From positions 26,040,001-26,104,000 of the forward strand of contig JBHGNT010000003.1 in NCBI GenBank assembly GCA_043228905.1: DNA of 64,000 bases, in the 5' to 3' direction. The stretch is from Azolla caroliniana (Eukaryota > Plantae > Polypodiophyta). A program made the position numbers and the translations under genes. Under the pieces are notes generated by a model. That model saw nothing but the letters and a program-made list of their open reading frames with translations, did not search any database and was not told the DNA's origin. Below are positions 28,707 to 43,973 of this stretch, piece by piece (position 1 is the first letter of the stretch; each line of letters starts with the position of its first letter).

Positions 28707-29384
28707 GGGATTGGAATGCCTAGATTTTGACAAGAAACTAGATTAAGGGTGTGAGGGAGAACTACAATGAACAAGGCGACATGTCATCAATAATATATTT
28801 GCCTCAGCTAATCTCAAGGATATCCTCCACAAGTTTTCAAAGCTCATCTCGTTTGCTTCAAAGATGGGACAACACTTAAGATGTAACATCTTATGTGGTC
28901 TTCTAGGCCACTTTGGCCTCTTAAATTATGTTAATATACTACTCTTTCACTTTATGACGTTAAAAGTGTTCCACAAAACATGTAATCCAATCTTGAACCG
29001 TAATGACCATCCATTGTGTTTTTTAGGGAAGAAGCACAAGAAAAAGGGAAACGACGTTACTTCTCAACCACAAACAAGTTGGTTTCGTAGGTTCAACATG
29101 AGAAAAGTGCTAAGCCAGACTCTCCTCAAGAAGAACACATTTGTGTCTTCGTGGAACCTACAAAGTCGTTCATCATAGTGATGGTTTAATGCTAGAAAAG
29201 TGCATGATAAGGGTCTCCTTCAGAAGAACATCTTTGTGTTTGGTCAAAAGTTGATAGAGTGTAATTATTGTAAATTTGCAATATCCTGTACTTTATTTTT
29301 TTCACTGTCATAGCGCCAATTTTCTTTTAAACTCAAAGTCCTGGTTTAGGTGGTGCTCTTATGTTAGGTGATGCTCGAGCTTAA

Positions 29385-29590
29385 AACCAATGAGTTCTAG
29401 CATGTGGAGCCCATTGTGACATAATTCAAGGCGTGTAAAGCTCAACACGGTAGAACCCAAAGAGTTCTACCCTGTGAACTTGACACAACTCAAAGAATTC
29501 TATTGTGTGAACTCAACACAATAGAGCTAAAGATTTATATAGTGGGAACTTAAGATGGCAAAACCCAAAGTGTTCTAATGTAGAGCTCGC
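29385..29590. repeat. Degenerate ~36-bp minisatellite
   Basis: Recurrent aacccaaagagttcta...gtg(a/g)a(c/g)ct core, about 5 copies. Confidence 0.55.
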
Positions 29591-31310
29591 GTAATAGGGA
29601 TTGATAAGTTATGTCATGCACAACCTCTATGATAGAAGGCACATCGTTGCTGCTATTGTAGGCCACATCAATAGATGATGCCATCAATCGTTTCCCCCAA
29701 GCCTAGGTTTCACTCAACGATACTATTTCTAACCCTTCCCCATAGCTAATTTCCCTCTAAATCTTATACACTACCCAAAGAAAATGGGGGGCTTAATGTT
29801 CCCCCAAACACCCCTACATTTCCAATAAAATACACATAGATATATAAATACTAATTCCTAAAGTGCTACCTTCCCCCCACTAATTGACCTTTCAAGACTA
29901 TACACACACTAACACAAAGATTGTACATGTACATAACACAGACACAACTATGCAATAGCACAAAATACACACAAATTTACACATAAACACTACATGCATA
30001 CACGAGCAATAATACACATAACATAAAAATACACACCCCCGTCATCTCACACATACATAACAACATGTTAGCACATAAAAATAAACAAACACACAATATT
30101 CTTTTCCCTCTTGCATTCACATGTGCACACATTTACTCCAATTGAGCCCTTGAGAATTCCTATGAACAAAAACACACACATTGCACGAATTCAACTTCAC
30201 ATGGTCATATATCCGCTCCAACAATGCTTACTACATCCTTACATATCATCACAAATCTTCTCTCTCTCTCTCTAAAGTACATCATGGGCTTTGAGAGCAA
30301 TATGTTCACTTCACTTTTTGATGAAAATTCAATGAGATAGTCATAACTCTTAGTAAGTGGTCATTTATTGATACCTTTAAGCTATCAGTCAATACCCTCA
30401 TAACTTCTAGAAAAATTTATCTCGACAATCTTAATGATGTCCCACAAGTGTTTGCAAAACGTAGATAAGAGTAGATTGCTCAGTTTAGATTCTTGAAACA
30501 CAATTTAGTTGGGGCGTCCACTTTGGTCAGCCAGAAATCTCTGTCAAAGTTTCACTATATTATATGAGTTTCTGAAGATTGGGTGGATCATGATTCATAA
30601 CAACAAGAGTTTGAAGTGGAGCATCGGGAATAGGAAAAAAGTCAATAGACGAGCCTCAAACTCAGTTGTCAAGGTGTGAATGGTGTGCTTCAACTCGTAA
30701 CTGTCGTAAGCCTAGTAGACCGAGAAGGTGTCATATTCACTTAGTAAAACAAAAGTAATAATAATAGTGTTGCTTTTTCTTGTGGGGGCCGACTCCCGAG
30801 GGGCATGTATTAAAATTTAGAACAAAAATACTAAGGGCATCGGCTATAATTACCTAATACTACACCCAAAGGGTATTTTTCTAATAGTATTAACCCAAAA
30901 CAGATATTATTCTTCAAATTCCAAGAGGAAATATTTTCCTTGAATTTATTGATTTATTTGTTCGTTTGTTTTTATGCTGTTTGTTTTTTCGGCACTGCTA
31001 ACCGGACAGAGCTTGAAGGTCGAGAATAAAAGGAAAAAAAATAGGAAAAGAGAAATAGAGAATAAATGTAATTTCTCTCTTTCGTTTTCTTTTTGACTAA
31101 ATTTCGCTTCTTTTATTTTGCTTGTTTGGTCCAAATTTGGGTCTTCTATTTACAGATACTCTCATCGTTAGGGTTTGATCTATCGTCTCAGTTCCTTAGG
31201 TTGAATTTCTGGGCATTTGTTTTCGCCTATTTACAACAAATTATTTGTGAATTCTCGAAGAAATTTCATCGTGTATATATATACACCTATATTATAGCTG
31301 GAGAAAACAA

Positions 31311-34300
31311 ATGGAAAATCGCCTCTTTGGAGGGTATCCAAACAATACTGGTAAGTTAATTTTATTCATATTTAATATAAGTTTCTTCTTTTATTTTGCT
31401 TTTGTACCATCCAGAATATCCATCTTTGATTTGCTATAGAGATCTAAAGTACTCTGATGGAAAATATACATGTTAATTATGACATGCAGAAATTCTTAGA
31501 GATTTTAAGGCAATATTCCAATGAAAAGAATACCTCCTGTTAAAGCTACATGAACAATTTCTAGAAGTTCTTAGGTATTCCAATGGAAAGCATACCCATT
31601 AATTATGGCCTAAATAAGCTCAGGAGATCTAAGGTATTTTAATGGAAACAATACATATTTGTTACGATGTCAACAATTTGTAATGTTTCAATTGTGATTA
31701 GGGTAGGTGACGAGGACGATTTTATTGACCCTCGGTCTATGGGTGACCCTTGTTGTGAGAAGTTGAGAATACCGGTATACACTTTCATTATTTCCCTAAA
31801 TCATAGATGACCAGGATGGGTTTATTAGCCCTGGGATCATGCGTGAACTATGAGATATGAACACAACTGTGTATTTTTGTTACTTTGCTTGTAATTGTGA
31901 CAGAGAGCTAGGGCAGCTTCACTGGCTTAATATTCTGTGTGATGAAAACACCACTGTACAATTTCTAGAGATTTAAGACATTCCAAGAGAGTAAAATTCA
32001 GCTCAGGCATTTAGGAGTAATGAAATCTAAGGCATTTAGGAGTAATGAAAACTAGCTTGAAAGCTATTCTATTAGGGAGTAAAATTACCAGGACAAGGAT
32101 ACTTGCTAATAGCCACAATTATCTAATACAATTTTGATAAAGAAGAAGTGAAATGAGCCAAACGAGCCTTTAGGCATCAAGCCTATGTGCTCTTGAGACA
32201 CGAAGGTGCTTTATGAAACATGTCTATCTAGAGAAATTAGTAAAACAAATTTTGTAGTTCTCTCTAGAGAGAAATTAGGAACAACGATTCTTCAGCTCAG
32301 CAAACACTGGGACCAGAACATGTACCTTAGGAAAGTCTTGATAGAAAGTTACCAAAAGTTTGGAGGGTTTGAACCTTTCTGACAGTGCACTAAACCCTGA
32401 CACAATTTGTTGAGGGCTTAAACAGGACACTGACATGTTATTATTTTATTTCACTTCCCTTTTCTTGTAATTGGTAAGAAATTGCAAGGTTCTGGTTCCA
32501 GTGCGCACAAAGTTTTGTAAGAAGTGGAGGTACCCTATCTGTCATTATATGAATGAATGAAGTTTTCCAGTATTAGGACATTCTGGTGGTACCAGAAATT
32601 GATTTACAAACGAAGTAAACATCATAATGCAACACATTAGAGGCCTTGTATGGCATGATTGCAACAAGGGACATAGGATATGGAAGATCCAATATCCTAT
32701 GGTATATGACAGACCTTTTTGCATTTAGAAGTGGCCATCGATTAGTATTTTATACTGCTTTGAAGTTTCCATGATGGTAATGCTTCAAGACATAGACCTT
32801 TATAACATGATATACCCACCCCAACTTATGTACACAATCGAGTTCTTCAATGCCTTGCACTGAACAAGGAGAGGGATCACGTGGTTAAACACATGGCATG
32901 TTTTTACGAGCTCCTTTGGGACAAAATAACAGGTCCTAAAGATTTTACACTCAAGAAGCCTCACCCACTCATCTATCATCGGAGATTACGTATGACTCCA
33001 TAAATGTAGGATATAATAAATGATGACAACTAGTTTGTCTACAAACCTCACATAATTCTACATTTTATACCTTATATACTCTCACATAAATGATTGATCG
33101 AATGCAACATGGCAAGGTCAGGATTTCAGCCTATGAGTTTCACCTGTAATGTATTTAAGGTTAATTAATTATCTTCGTTAAGATTGATGACGGGTGTTAA
33201 AATCATTGCTTCTCCCCGTTATCTATCTATTTTTGAAAAATATGCCAGCAGGAAGAGAATACAATAATGTGCTAGTTTTAAACAATTTCCAGTGTGTTTA
33301 TGCTTTCACATATGTCTACAAACAGGATCACCAATGGGTTTGTTTTCTTTTGGGTAGTATGTAGATTTCTCTGTTATGTTTACGAAGAATGAGTACTTAC
33401 TATTTCTGCTGTTTTGCACAGATGCTACGTTATATCAGATTCTGGTGGAGGCTCAACATCGATGGCTGCGTCCCCTTGAAATTTGCGAGATTTTAAGCAA
33501 TTATCAAAAATTCAAACTTACACCAGAACCACCACACAAGCCACAAAGTTAGTATTATCATTTTCAAAATCTCACAGCTGTCAATGCAGGGGATAAAGTG
33601 GAAAACTATCATATGCATAACTAAACAAACAATCAACATTACTATGTCATAATAGATATTTCAAGGGAATATTCCATTAGGAAGGGACAGGAATAATCCT
33701 AAGTGAATTACAAAGAATGGAATGCATAATTGATATTTCAATGGAATATTCCATTAAGAGTGGATGGGGATAATCCGTAGGTGAATTATAAACCATTATT
33801 GTTTCAATTTTCAATTCCATTCTTTCTTTTTTTCCGAGAAATTTTCTGATAGTAATATCATGCTATAATAGTGTATGTCTGTCACATTTGTGTAAAACTT
33901 TCTTTTGTCAGCAGGATTTTATACTGATAGGATAATGGTATCAAATTCAATTGGAGTATTTTTAGATATTTGTGATGCAAAGGTTCATCTTGCAGCGTAG
34001 CAATACATCTTAACTTTTAAACGATATCCCTTGGAAATATTTTGCTGTAGCTTGTAGATATAGAAATAATTTTCAAACAGTTCATGAAAAACAACAATTA
34101 ATGGCTAGATGAAAGCGGTTACTATCAAATGATTGTTAATTGACTGGTAAAATTTCCTGTTTTTGTTTTTTACCTATTTATATTAGGTGGTTCGTTGTTC
34201 CTCTTTGATCGTAAGGTTCTAAGATATTTTCGGAAGGATGGACACAATTGGCGCAAGAAAAAAGATGGAAAAACTGTCCGCGAGGCACATGAAAGGTTGA

Positions 34301-37300
34301 AGGTGAGCTTGATAATTTTTTCTTGTTTTCATATGGCTTGAACTGATGATATGGTGTAAGATTTAATGTATCCATGTGCTTTTTAGGCTGGAAGTGTAGA
34401 AGTTTTGCACTGTTACTATGCACATGGTGAAGAAAATGATAATTTCCAACGTCGGAGTTACTGGATGCTAGAGTACGCATCAAATTCAAGTGAAACATCT
34501 CTGATATCTAATAGCATATTTATATATACTAAATTTCCTATGCTCTAAACAAAACCTTTTGCTGTTGTAATTTCAGCTCAAATGAACACATAGTTCTGGT
34601 CCACTATAGAGAAGTGAAAGAGGTGGGTTTATCAATTCAGTTCGGATTTATTTAAACATGTTACAGATATGTTGCTTCTTATTTCTTTTTCTCACTCTTA
34701 TAGGCCAATTTCGGCCTCATGGATGTTAATATGTATTTTGACTCTTCTTTCTCTATCTCATTTACTAATTCGTGCACTGACATGCACTGAACTTGCAAAT
34801 TGTAAGGCCAGACTAATTTTTTATTTTTGTCATGGTATATATTTCCCATTTACAACTTAAATTATGGTAAAATGAATATGAAGGCATTCATAAGCCTCAT
34901 TTAGTATTAACATTTGCATATGCTCCATATAAATTCTATTTCGATTCATCCATATCTTTTAAAAAAATCAGGGAAGCAGGAGTGGATTGCGTTCTCCTAA
35001 CAGTTATACAACCGAAGGAAGTCCATCTATGGGGAACTCTAATGTGATTACAGGAGTTTCTCCTCAAACCTCCCCGTTAGTTTCTCCTCGTGCCTCAAGT
35101 ACTAGTGCTGACTGGAATGGGCGAGCAAACTCATCAGAACGTGATGAAATTGAATCGAGTGAAGATATGGATAAGTATCGTGTTAGTGAATTTGAGTCCA
35201 AGCCTTCTACCACCATGACTGGAGGAGTATCAGGATTAGGGATGGAAGAACTTGGCCGCCAGCCTTCTACATCATTTCCTAACATTGGTAGCTATGACCG
35301 AAGCTACCTTCAACATTACAAAATGGAGAACAATACCATTGCAGCAGCGTTAGGAGAAAGTGGAGTTTATGCCACAAATATGATTAAAGAAAATAATGAT
35401 GTGATACTGCCTGGTAATTCTGATTTGCCACAATGGGGTGAGGTTCCAAATCAAGGAAATGTGCAGGGAAATAATGAGAGTCTACCGAAGTATCAAAACA
35501 AAAACGAAGAGAAGAATATATTAACGAATCTTTTGGTTGCATCACATGAAGGGATGGTTCAACGATTAAGGTCTAACCAAGCTCCTGTCGCAGACATGTA
35601 TTCGATGACAGTGACTCAACCGCAAGGATCTTCAGAGGTAAATATTTCTTTGAACATTCTACCAGAAAGTTAAACAATTCAACAGCTGCAAACTCTTTAA
35701 AGAGCGATTCTTAGAAAGATATTCTATTCGGAAATTCTCTCTTATTTTTCTTACAAGTTTCGATATGTGGATGATAACTGTCAGAGTATGTATGAGATAT
35801 GGAAGCTGTAGCATTTCGTATTTTCTGGATATAAGGGCTAGTCAATGCTAGAACAATGTAACCTAAAGGGTTAGAAAAAAGATAAAGAAAACAGAAACCT
35901 AAAGACCTCTCCAATTGCATACTTGCATCTTCATATCTCTTGAATGTAAATGTTCAATTCATCTGCATGCTTCATGAACCATGTTGTAGGAATATTAATG
36001 AGGTGCCAGACAATCAGAGGCCTATGAGCTAATATTATTCCAGAGGAAGTAACTTTGGTTCCTTTATTTCCATTCAAACAACAATGGGATAATTATGGAT
36101 TGGTGTATATGGTTCCATTGTCTGTATTCTATTACATAGAAATATATTTATATATTACTTCAGAATAACCGATGTGTTTGAGAATACAGGGATTGAACAG
36201 GCAGAACTATGACATTCCCCCTCCTAGTGCTGCTTTAATAGAGTCTTACCGATCTCATCTGCAAGTCCCTAATGCAGATGACGTGAAAACGTCTACCTCA
36301 CAGCCTGAAGTTGGCAAAGAATCTTCTTTTATGAACTCGTATTCAGGCGTATTCAGAGATTTCCAGGTCGATGCTGTACAGGATAATCTTGATACATTAA
36401 AAAAGTATGATAGCTTTGGAAGATGGATTAGTCAAGCTATTGGTGTAGATACTGGCGAATCAATGTTTCCTTTGTCAACAGATGCAACATATTGGGCAAG
36501 TACAGCAACAGAAGCACCAAGCTTTGTGCAAAGGATGCATGAAGATTCTGGATTTATCTCATCCCTTCCTCAAGAAAAGTGTTTCAGCATCTCAGACTAT
36601 TCGCCCAGTATTGGTTCTTCACAATCTGGTACTAAGGTAAATACTGATTTCTCATATATATATATATATATATTCATCTGCTTTGCTCCTGGCATATTTT
36701 CAGTACCAATGACTAGCTGAAAAGAGAACGTGTATCCTGGTTTTCCAAAGGCTGGAATACATCTTGTGTCTTTGCCATACTACTTTGTTGCAATGCATCT
36801 GGGTTCAGAGTTTCAAGTGCTATGTTATCCACATATTGATGATTGTTTCCCTGTTTGTTTCTTGAAAAAGTAATTCTCACATATGAGGCAGTTTTCCCAG
36901 TGGTAGTTTTCCCGTCAATTTTACATAGTGCAGTTGTAATCATCACATAGACCTCATAGGCCACGGCTGCCCTTTAAAAACAATAATATGTCTTCCTGTC
37001 TTTTTAGTTTCTGCACCTATTGGCATAGAACAGATCTTAAAATTCAGCTGATTTGCATTGGAATCACATTAGCTGTATAACTTTGTCCATGCTTTGTAAC
37101 TATTTCTTGAATTAGATAGTGATTATATGTTCGATAACATAATATGCAATCCAATTGTACAGGTTCTTTTAACTGGTACCTTCCTGGGCACGATTACCGA
37201 TCCGTATCAACAGAAATGGTGTTGCATGTTTGGGGACGTTGAAGTACCAGCAGAGTTATTGCTACCAGGTGTTTTCAGATGCTATGCACCCCCCCATACA

Positions 37301-40021
37301 CCTGGCAAGGTTCCCTTTTATGTTACACGCAATGATAGAAATCGATGCAGTGAAGTTAGGGTGTTTGAATATTATGCCAATTCACAGCCTTTGTCTGCCG
37401 AAGAACCTGAAAGGGCAACTTTAAATAAGAGGGATATGCTGTTTCAGATCCGTCTTGCACGAATGCTGTCACACAAATCATTATCCACCAAACCTGAGGA
37501 ATCAAGAGGTTTTCATGCTAATTTCAATTCTTTGTTCTTGTTTGAAGAGTGGGAACAACTTGAAGACCAACTCATAGAATCTGGTGGTGGGGCTGGTGGT
37601 GGGGCAAAGAGTCTGAAGGAGCAACTCATTCAGAATCTATTGAAAGAAAAGCTACAGCTTTGGCTTGAAAAGCTGGTCCTAGAAAGTGACAGAGGTCCTG
37701 CAATCCTGGATGATCATGGATTGGGTGTTTTACATATGGGAGCTGCACTTGGTTACACTTGGATCATTTCTCCTTTCGTAAATGCTGGTGTTAGCATTAA
37801 CTTTAGAGATTCACGGGGGTGGACTGCTTTGCATTGGGCTGCACATTGTGGCAGGTAAATCATGTGGCCATATCTGATGAGAATCACTCTCTTACAGGAA
37901 CATGCAAGTTAACAAATCAATTTGTCATGACTTTCTTGTCTGATGCTTAAATTGTTATTTCGGGAATAATGCATCTATATCACAATCAAATATTTATTAG
38001 ACACAAACTTGAATACTTATTGTCAATACAAGCATTCTGTCAATTTTGCAGTGTATGCTTTTCATGCATATCATTGAATCTAGGCCCTTGGATATATTCA
38101 GGGTATTAGGAATATGGTTTTCACACCACAAAGACAATAGGATGCTGAACCCATCCTAGTCATCTACCCAGATTCCACAATATTAAAGTGGAAACACATT
38201 ATGTATTCATGGGTATCTCATTCTAGAATTTTTCGATATGTTGATCACAATGTTTCACTGTCTCCTGCATGGTCTTTCAGAACAAGTAGTTAGCTTCCCT
38301 CTAAGCAGTATTTTGATGTTCGGTATATCTCATGGGAATGATTTTTTGTGATCTTTTACAGGGAATCCATGGTGGTAGAACTTCTTGCTAATGGTGCTGC
38401 CCCAGGAGCTAAAACAGATCCCACAAGTGCTTTTCCAGATGGACAAACTGCTGCTGATCTTGCGTCTTCTGAAGGACACAAAGGAATTGCTGGTTATCTC
38501 GCAGAATCACTCCTTACAGGACATCTTCAATTGATGAATCTGAATCCCAAGTCGAATGAGATAATGTCTACTGATGCTCATAATCGATTAGAAACTGTGT
38601 CTAAGAGGGCTATTTCACAACCGAATGCAATCGAATCAGAGCAGCAACTTTCTCTCGCTGCTGTAAGGAATGCCACACAAGCCGCAGCACTAATTCATAC
38701 CGAATTCCGATTGCAATCTTTCAAGAAGAAACAAGAGTCATATGGTCTTGAGGAAGATGAATATGGGATATCTACCAGGGAAGCACATTATATTGCTGCT
38801 GCTCGGAAATCAAACACAAACAGAGTGATTTATGATGATGATGATGCACTTTCTCAGTCCGCGGCTGTACGCATACAGCAGAAGTTCAGGGGCTGGAAAG
38901 GCCGCAGAGACTTTCTTTGCTTCCGCCAGAATGTGGTGAAAATTCAGGTATTGGACGTGGGGGAGGGAACTATGCATGCTATGAATCCTAAACCTTATAT
39001 GCATTATTAGTATGCATTAGCAGGAGCTACTTATGAAGATGGTTACTTGGCTAGTTTAGGCCCCATTAGCGATTAGATGGACTTTTGGCCAATCAAGTTA
39101 TGGAGGGATGGCAATTGTTTATGTTAACAGCTAGCTACCCTTATGCACTCTTCTTTCTATATTCTTCGTGGGGAGGCAGCAATGACTTTCTCTTCTGCAA
39201 GAGTGGTGAAAATTGCACGTATTGAAAATGGAAGAGAAATGCTACAAGTATAAGCATAACCATATTAATTATGAGGAGTAATCAAAGACTAGAGAAGAGG
39301 CACACAGAAATTTTGAACAACTTTTGAATAGCTAATATAAAGCCCTGGTATTTTTTCAAAGAAAAAGAAACAAACAAGTTGAGGGAAAAGCAATAGCTTG
39401 ACACCCCCCATCCTCCATTTTACACAAACACAAAATTCTTAACGGAATTTTTCTTTGTAACCAGGCACATTTCAGGGGGCATCAAGTTCGAAAGCAGCAC
39501 AACAAAATCTTATGGTCGGTGAGCATCGTAGAAAAAGCAATCCTCAGGTGGCGACGACGAGGAAAAGGCTTACGAGGCTTTGAACCTTCGAAAGTTTGTA
39601 TTCCGGATGATCGGGACAATGAAGATGTTCTAAAATCGGGGAGACGGCAAATAGAGCGAGGATTAGAAAAAGCTCTTGCAAGAGTACAATCCATGGCAAA
39701 GTCTCCTGAAGCACGGGAACAATATCGGAGACTAATGGATGGCTACCAAAAGGCAAAGGTAATTTAAATGAACTTTGAGAGTCTTAATCTAAATACTTCT
39801 TTTCTGTTATGAGGAGAGAACTATTTGTGATGTGAGCCATGAATCGAGTTTTAAGTTTTGTTGATTGCAACAAGAAAATTAACTTTAATGGTAACTCAAT
39901 TTTACGATTATTTATATAGGTTCACTTGGAGGATGATGCATTTGATGTATCGGATTTGCTCGAGGAGAATGAAGCCCCTTCTTTTAATGATGATGATTTT
40001 ACAATGCCAACATATCGCTAA
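31311..40021 (+). CDS. CAMTA: Calmodulin-binding transcription activator; exons ~31311-31350, 33422-33547, 34187-34302, 34387-34472, 34577-34622, 34972-35637, 36190-36636, 37163-37854, 38362-38947, 39465-39758, 39920-40021
   Basis: CG-1 domain (EAQHRWLRP.EICEIL, FRKDGHNWRKKKDGKTVREAHERLK, HCYYAHGE), LKKYDSFGRW, TIG/IPT domain, ankyrin repeats (GWTALHWAA), IQ motifs, CaM-binding WSVSIVEKAILRWRRRGKGLRGF; GT-AG introns in phase. Confidence 0.95.
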
Positions 40022-41697
40022 GAGGCCAAGTTCACCCCTAAATCTTGCAGCTGTCTAATTTCCTCTCATCCTAATCATGGTGTATGTTTAGTGATTCAAA
40101 TCGAATGAGGTACTGATGTTTTTGTGTACAAATTTAAAAAAAAGGCAGTGTATCGTAAATTTTTTGTAATGATATATTCCCCCCTAAAGATGTACCAATA
40201 TTTGTCCATTTGAATAGCAATAATGGACAAAGACCTACAATTTGTATTACTAACAGAAACTTTTTATCTTTATCATTGTGACCAATTACTCGTGCAAATG
40301 ATTGAACTCCTTTATTGTAGTTTAGGAAGGAACACCCTTTTCTATTATCTAGATGTGTTGTTGGATTTTAGGTTATTTTGATAGGGGTTTAATGTTATCA
40401 GAAGCATAGATGAAAAGTTATTTGTAAAGCCTAAGTGTAAGTAGTTATTGAATAAAAATTGGGTAAAGACAAATATTTGTAGGATTATAAATTTGAGCAA
40501 AAATTACATACATGACATACACAAGCTCAGGTTGGGTTTTCTGCATCTTATTATTACTCCTTGACAATTTGTTGGGAGCTATTCATGAGTGCTAGTATTT
40601 GTGTAAACATTCTTTATGCAGGTAGTGATATCATATCAATTGTCTAGTAAATTAAAACATATATGCTGCCTTGTATGTCTAAATCAAAAGCCATCATTAG
40701 AAATAATGGTTGATCTTGCAACTTAGAATCTGAGTATATAGAAAAATTCATGAGGGGGTACAAGTATATAGATAAATTCATGTGATATGTTTGTGTAGCA
40801 TCATATGACATGCTTGTTTAATCAAGCCCCGTTGTTCTTGGTTAAAATTTCGTGAAGATAGGTGGTTGGTGAGTAGTGTGGACTTTTTCTCTTGCTCAAT
40901 TAACATTGTTGGAGTTTTTGTATTCTTGCATGGTTAATGTTTTGACTATGGGTGCATTCTTGCTTGCTCATGGTATAGATATCTTATCTACCTATTGGTT
41001 TAGGTGATTAACAAGTCCTAAGATCGTTTGCAAAAAACACATAAAAATGAAACATTGATCATTAAAACAAGTTTTGATAGTAACCCTTTGCATTCTCATG
41101 GAAATGCTCCTCAAATTTTTTGCATATGTGAAGCCCCACTTAACTTAAACAGGTATAGTTGAGGAATTTAGTTTAGGTTTTGACACCTAATTCACCTTGG
41201 GGGAGTGTAGAGAAAATGTGACCCTACAACAAATTTAGTCAAAACAAGTTTTTGACATATAATTCATTCAAAGGGTGTGGAGAGAGAATGAAGCCTTGCA
41301 AATATATATATGTCATGAATTTTGATGGTGAATCACCTTTACTCAAGCATAAACACGTATTGTCAAGAAACCCTATTTGTATTCACATACAATGAAAGAG
41401 TTTTGTACAAGCATTGACTCCAAGATGATCTTGCACAATAAACATTTGGTTTGAATACTGAAAGATTTTGTGATATTTTTGGAAGATCGACTAAATTTGT
41501 AAAGAGAGGTCATGGCACCTCCATTCTTAGAAAATAAATGAAAGAATTGGAGATCTTAAAGGACCAAATTATGCATAAGGAAATAATTTGCTTCATAGTA
41601 ATGTTAGTTGGTGGAATGGAGCACAATTAAAAATGATTATACTTATGATGCAATATTTGATTCTCTGGTTATAAGCAACTCATGAATAGCTTGCCTA

Positions 41698-43973
41698 CTA
41701 CCTACAACTTTGATGCAATTGTGACCAATAATGTTCTTTGGAATGGTTGACATTAGGATGGTGCATAGTGCTCTTTGGGGACCCATTGGTGTGGTAGGGG
41801 CCACTGGAGTTATTTGTGGTTTGGGAGGAGTTAGTTAAACTATAGGAAGGAACTATATGTGTAGTACTAATAGAAGTATTGAGAAAAACGTTATTAATAA
41901 TATTTGTGTTGTTATCATTGTTAATAAGGTTGGTACCAATGTTTTGGGTGTTCACAAGATGGTGGTTAGCTGATGTAGTTGTTGTCATCTCACTCTCTTG
42001 AAACCTATACCTCATTATTTGTGTCCTAACTTCATGCAATTCAGCTTGCAAAGCTTGAGCTTGATGTTGTAAAGATGATATGACCCCTAGGCAACCATAC
42101 ACAGGATCCCTCAATCGTGCATTCGCTTCATATACCAAGCTATTTGCCACATCTACTCGATGGTTTTCGGGGACCTCCTACATGCATATCATCAAATTCA
42201 TTTATGTACCCTAGCATCTACAAAAGGAATTATGTTAGACTCTAATCATGTTCCTAACATGTTTAACTCATGCACACACAATCTACATACAGAGTCTTTA
42301 AGATATACTTCCATGCATAAAAAACAATATTCTTGTAGATTGTCACCTCATATATTGGCCGAACATTATCAACTTGTTGTATCATGTTAAAGATTCAACT
42401 AGCTAACCACAATATTTGTATAATCTTGGATCCCATTCCCTCCTAGAGACCATGGATGGCATTATTAGCAATAGAAATCCCTAGAAGAGTATATTCTATG
42501 AATAAAACAGTTTTGAATTGAGTACTCAATTCAATGTAGTGTTTTCATTTTCCTTCTAAGTCTATAATAAATACTTTCTTTGACTTTCTTTGAGCCTGAT
42601 GCCCAAAAGCTACCCTTCACAAGAAATATGATCATGGGTTGACTTTTGTTTTACAACACCCATTATTTAACCCAGTATTTCCTTAGTGGTTCATTGTAGT
42701 AGAACATAAAGGATTTATATAAAAGCCCAATGTTTTAGTCCACATTTTCTATAGTTTCCAAACATAGTCATGTTTTGCCTTAATCTCTAGGTAATGCTTA
42801 TTTTCCTTGCATGGAAATGAGATAGGGGGAAATAGAAGTAAGTGGGCTCCCTTCCATGTGTGGAAAAATGTCTTCCAGCTTTTTTAATTTAAGGAGAAGT
42901 TTCCAATTGAACATGAATTATATTGACATTAAGAGAGCATCATTACGGATCCATAATGAGAGTGGGAAAGAAAGTAGAGGATTATGATGATTAAATTTTA
43001 TATTCAATAGAGATGTAATGGTTACAAGTAATTGCATTTTGTTTTGTAAAGGACACTAATGCTCATACATACAAAGTCCACACCACTAGCAACCCAATGA
43101 AGCCCTAGGTATTGTTTTTCTCATGTTTTGTAGATATGTTAAGGAACATTATATCAAATACGCGTTACGATATAAACAGTTCATAGTACTATGTATGTTA
43201 ATTTTAGACTCAATACATCATATACCACAACTTTAACCTAGCCTATTTAACATGTTTCTCCATCTTGTGTACTACAACAACTCTATAATGATTTCATCTT
43301 ATGATGGAGAGTTAGGATTTGACCCTCATCTATATCATGTTGGTTCAAAACATATTATTCCCTAGACAAACAAAACTTTGATGTCTTCTAATTTTCATGG
43401 AATAAAATTAAAGTATGATTTTCCCTATTGTAATGCTCATACACTAAATCCCTTTAAAAACGGATTAAATGCATGGGGGTGTGCCCTTATATTATATGTA
43501 AATAATTTGTGGGAAGTAGCTTCAAAAACTCTTTGCATTATGGTTACATTAACTTACATATGTATGAGGGCCCCATGTCCACAAGGGTATTTGTGGATTA
43601 TAGCTTTATGTGGTGAAAGCAATAACGTAAAACCCCCCTTGAGTTGAGCTCACATGCAATATACAATTACATATTTGCAAGGGACTTGGTCATCCAACTT
43701 TCCAAGAGTGAACATAAGGAAAATCACTAGGAGATAAGATTATCATACCATCAACATCTTGGAGACATTACTTGCACCAAAAACCTTATGAACAACGGCA
43801 AACCGATGGGGTTCCGAAGGGTGGAAGTAAGGTGCAAAGGGGCATTCCATCACGCATTTTCGACGCAAAAGCTTGCATGCCGCACATGGCATCATCGTGG
43901 TTTTCTGTGACCCTAATGTTACAGTTGTTGTCATTGGTGTTGGTGTCGGTGTTGGTGCCGTTTGCAACTTCAT
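41698..43973 (-). CDS. LBD: Class I LOB-domain transcription factor, LBD15/LBD13-like; exons 43973-43749 and 42177-41698 (start ATG inferred)
   Basis: [11 protein letters not shown]...CPFAPYF C-block, [14 protein letters not shown]|[29 protein letters not shown], leucine zipper [12 protein letters not shown]. Confidence 0.95.

Noticed and set aside
28410-29370. Possible DNA-transposon remnant with inverted ends
   Set aside because: Only short, weak inverted similarity; no TSD or clear transposase motif.
35990-36056. Extra CAMTA exon
   Set aside because: The acceptor gives an immediate stop in the required phase, and the flanking exons join in frame without it.
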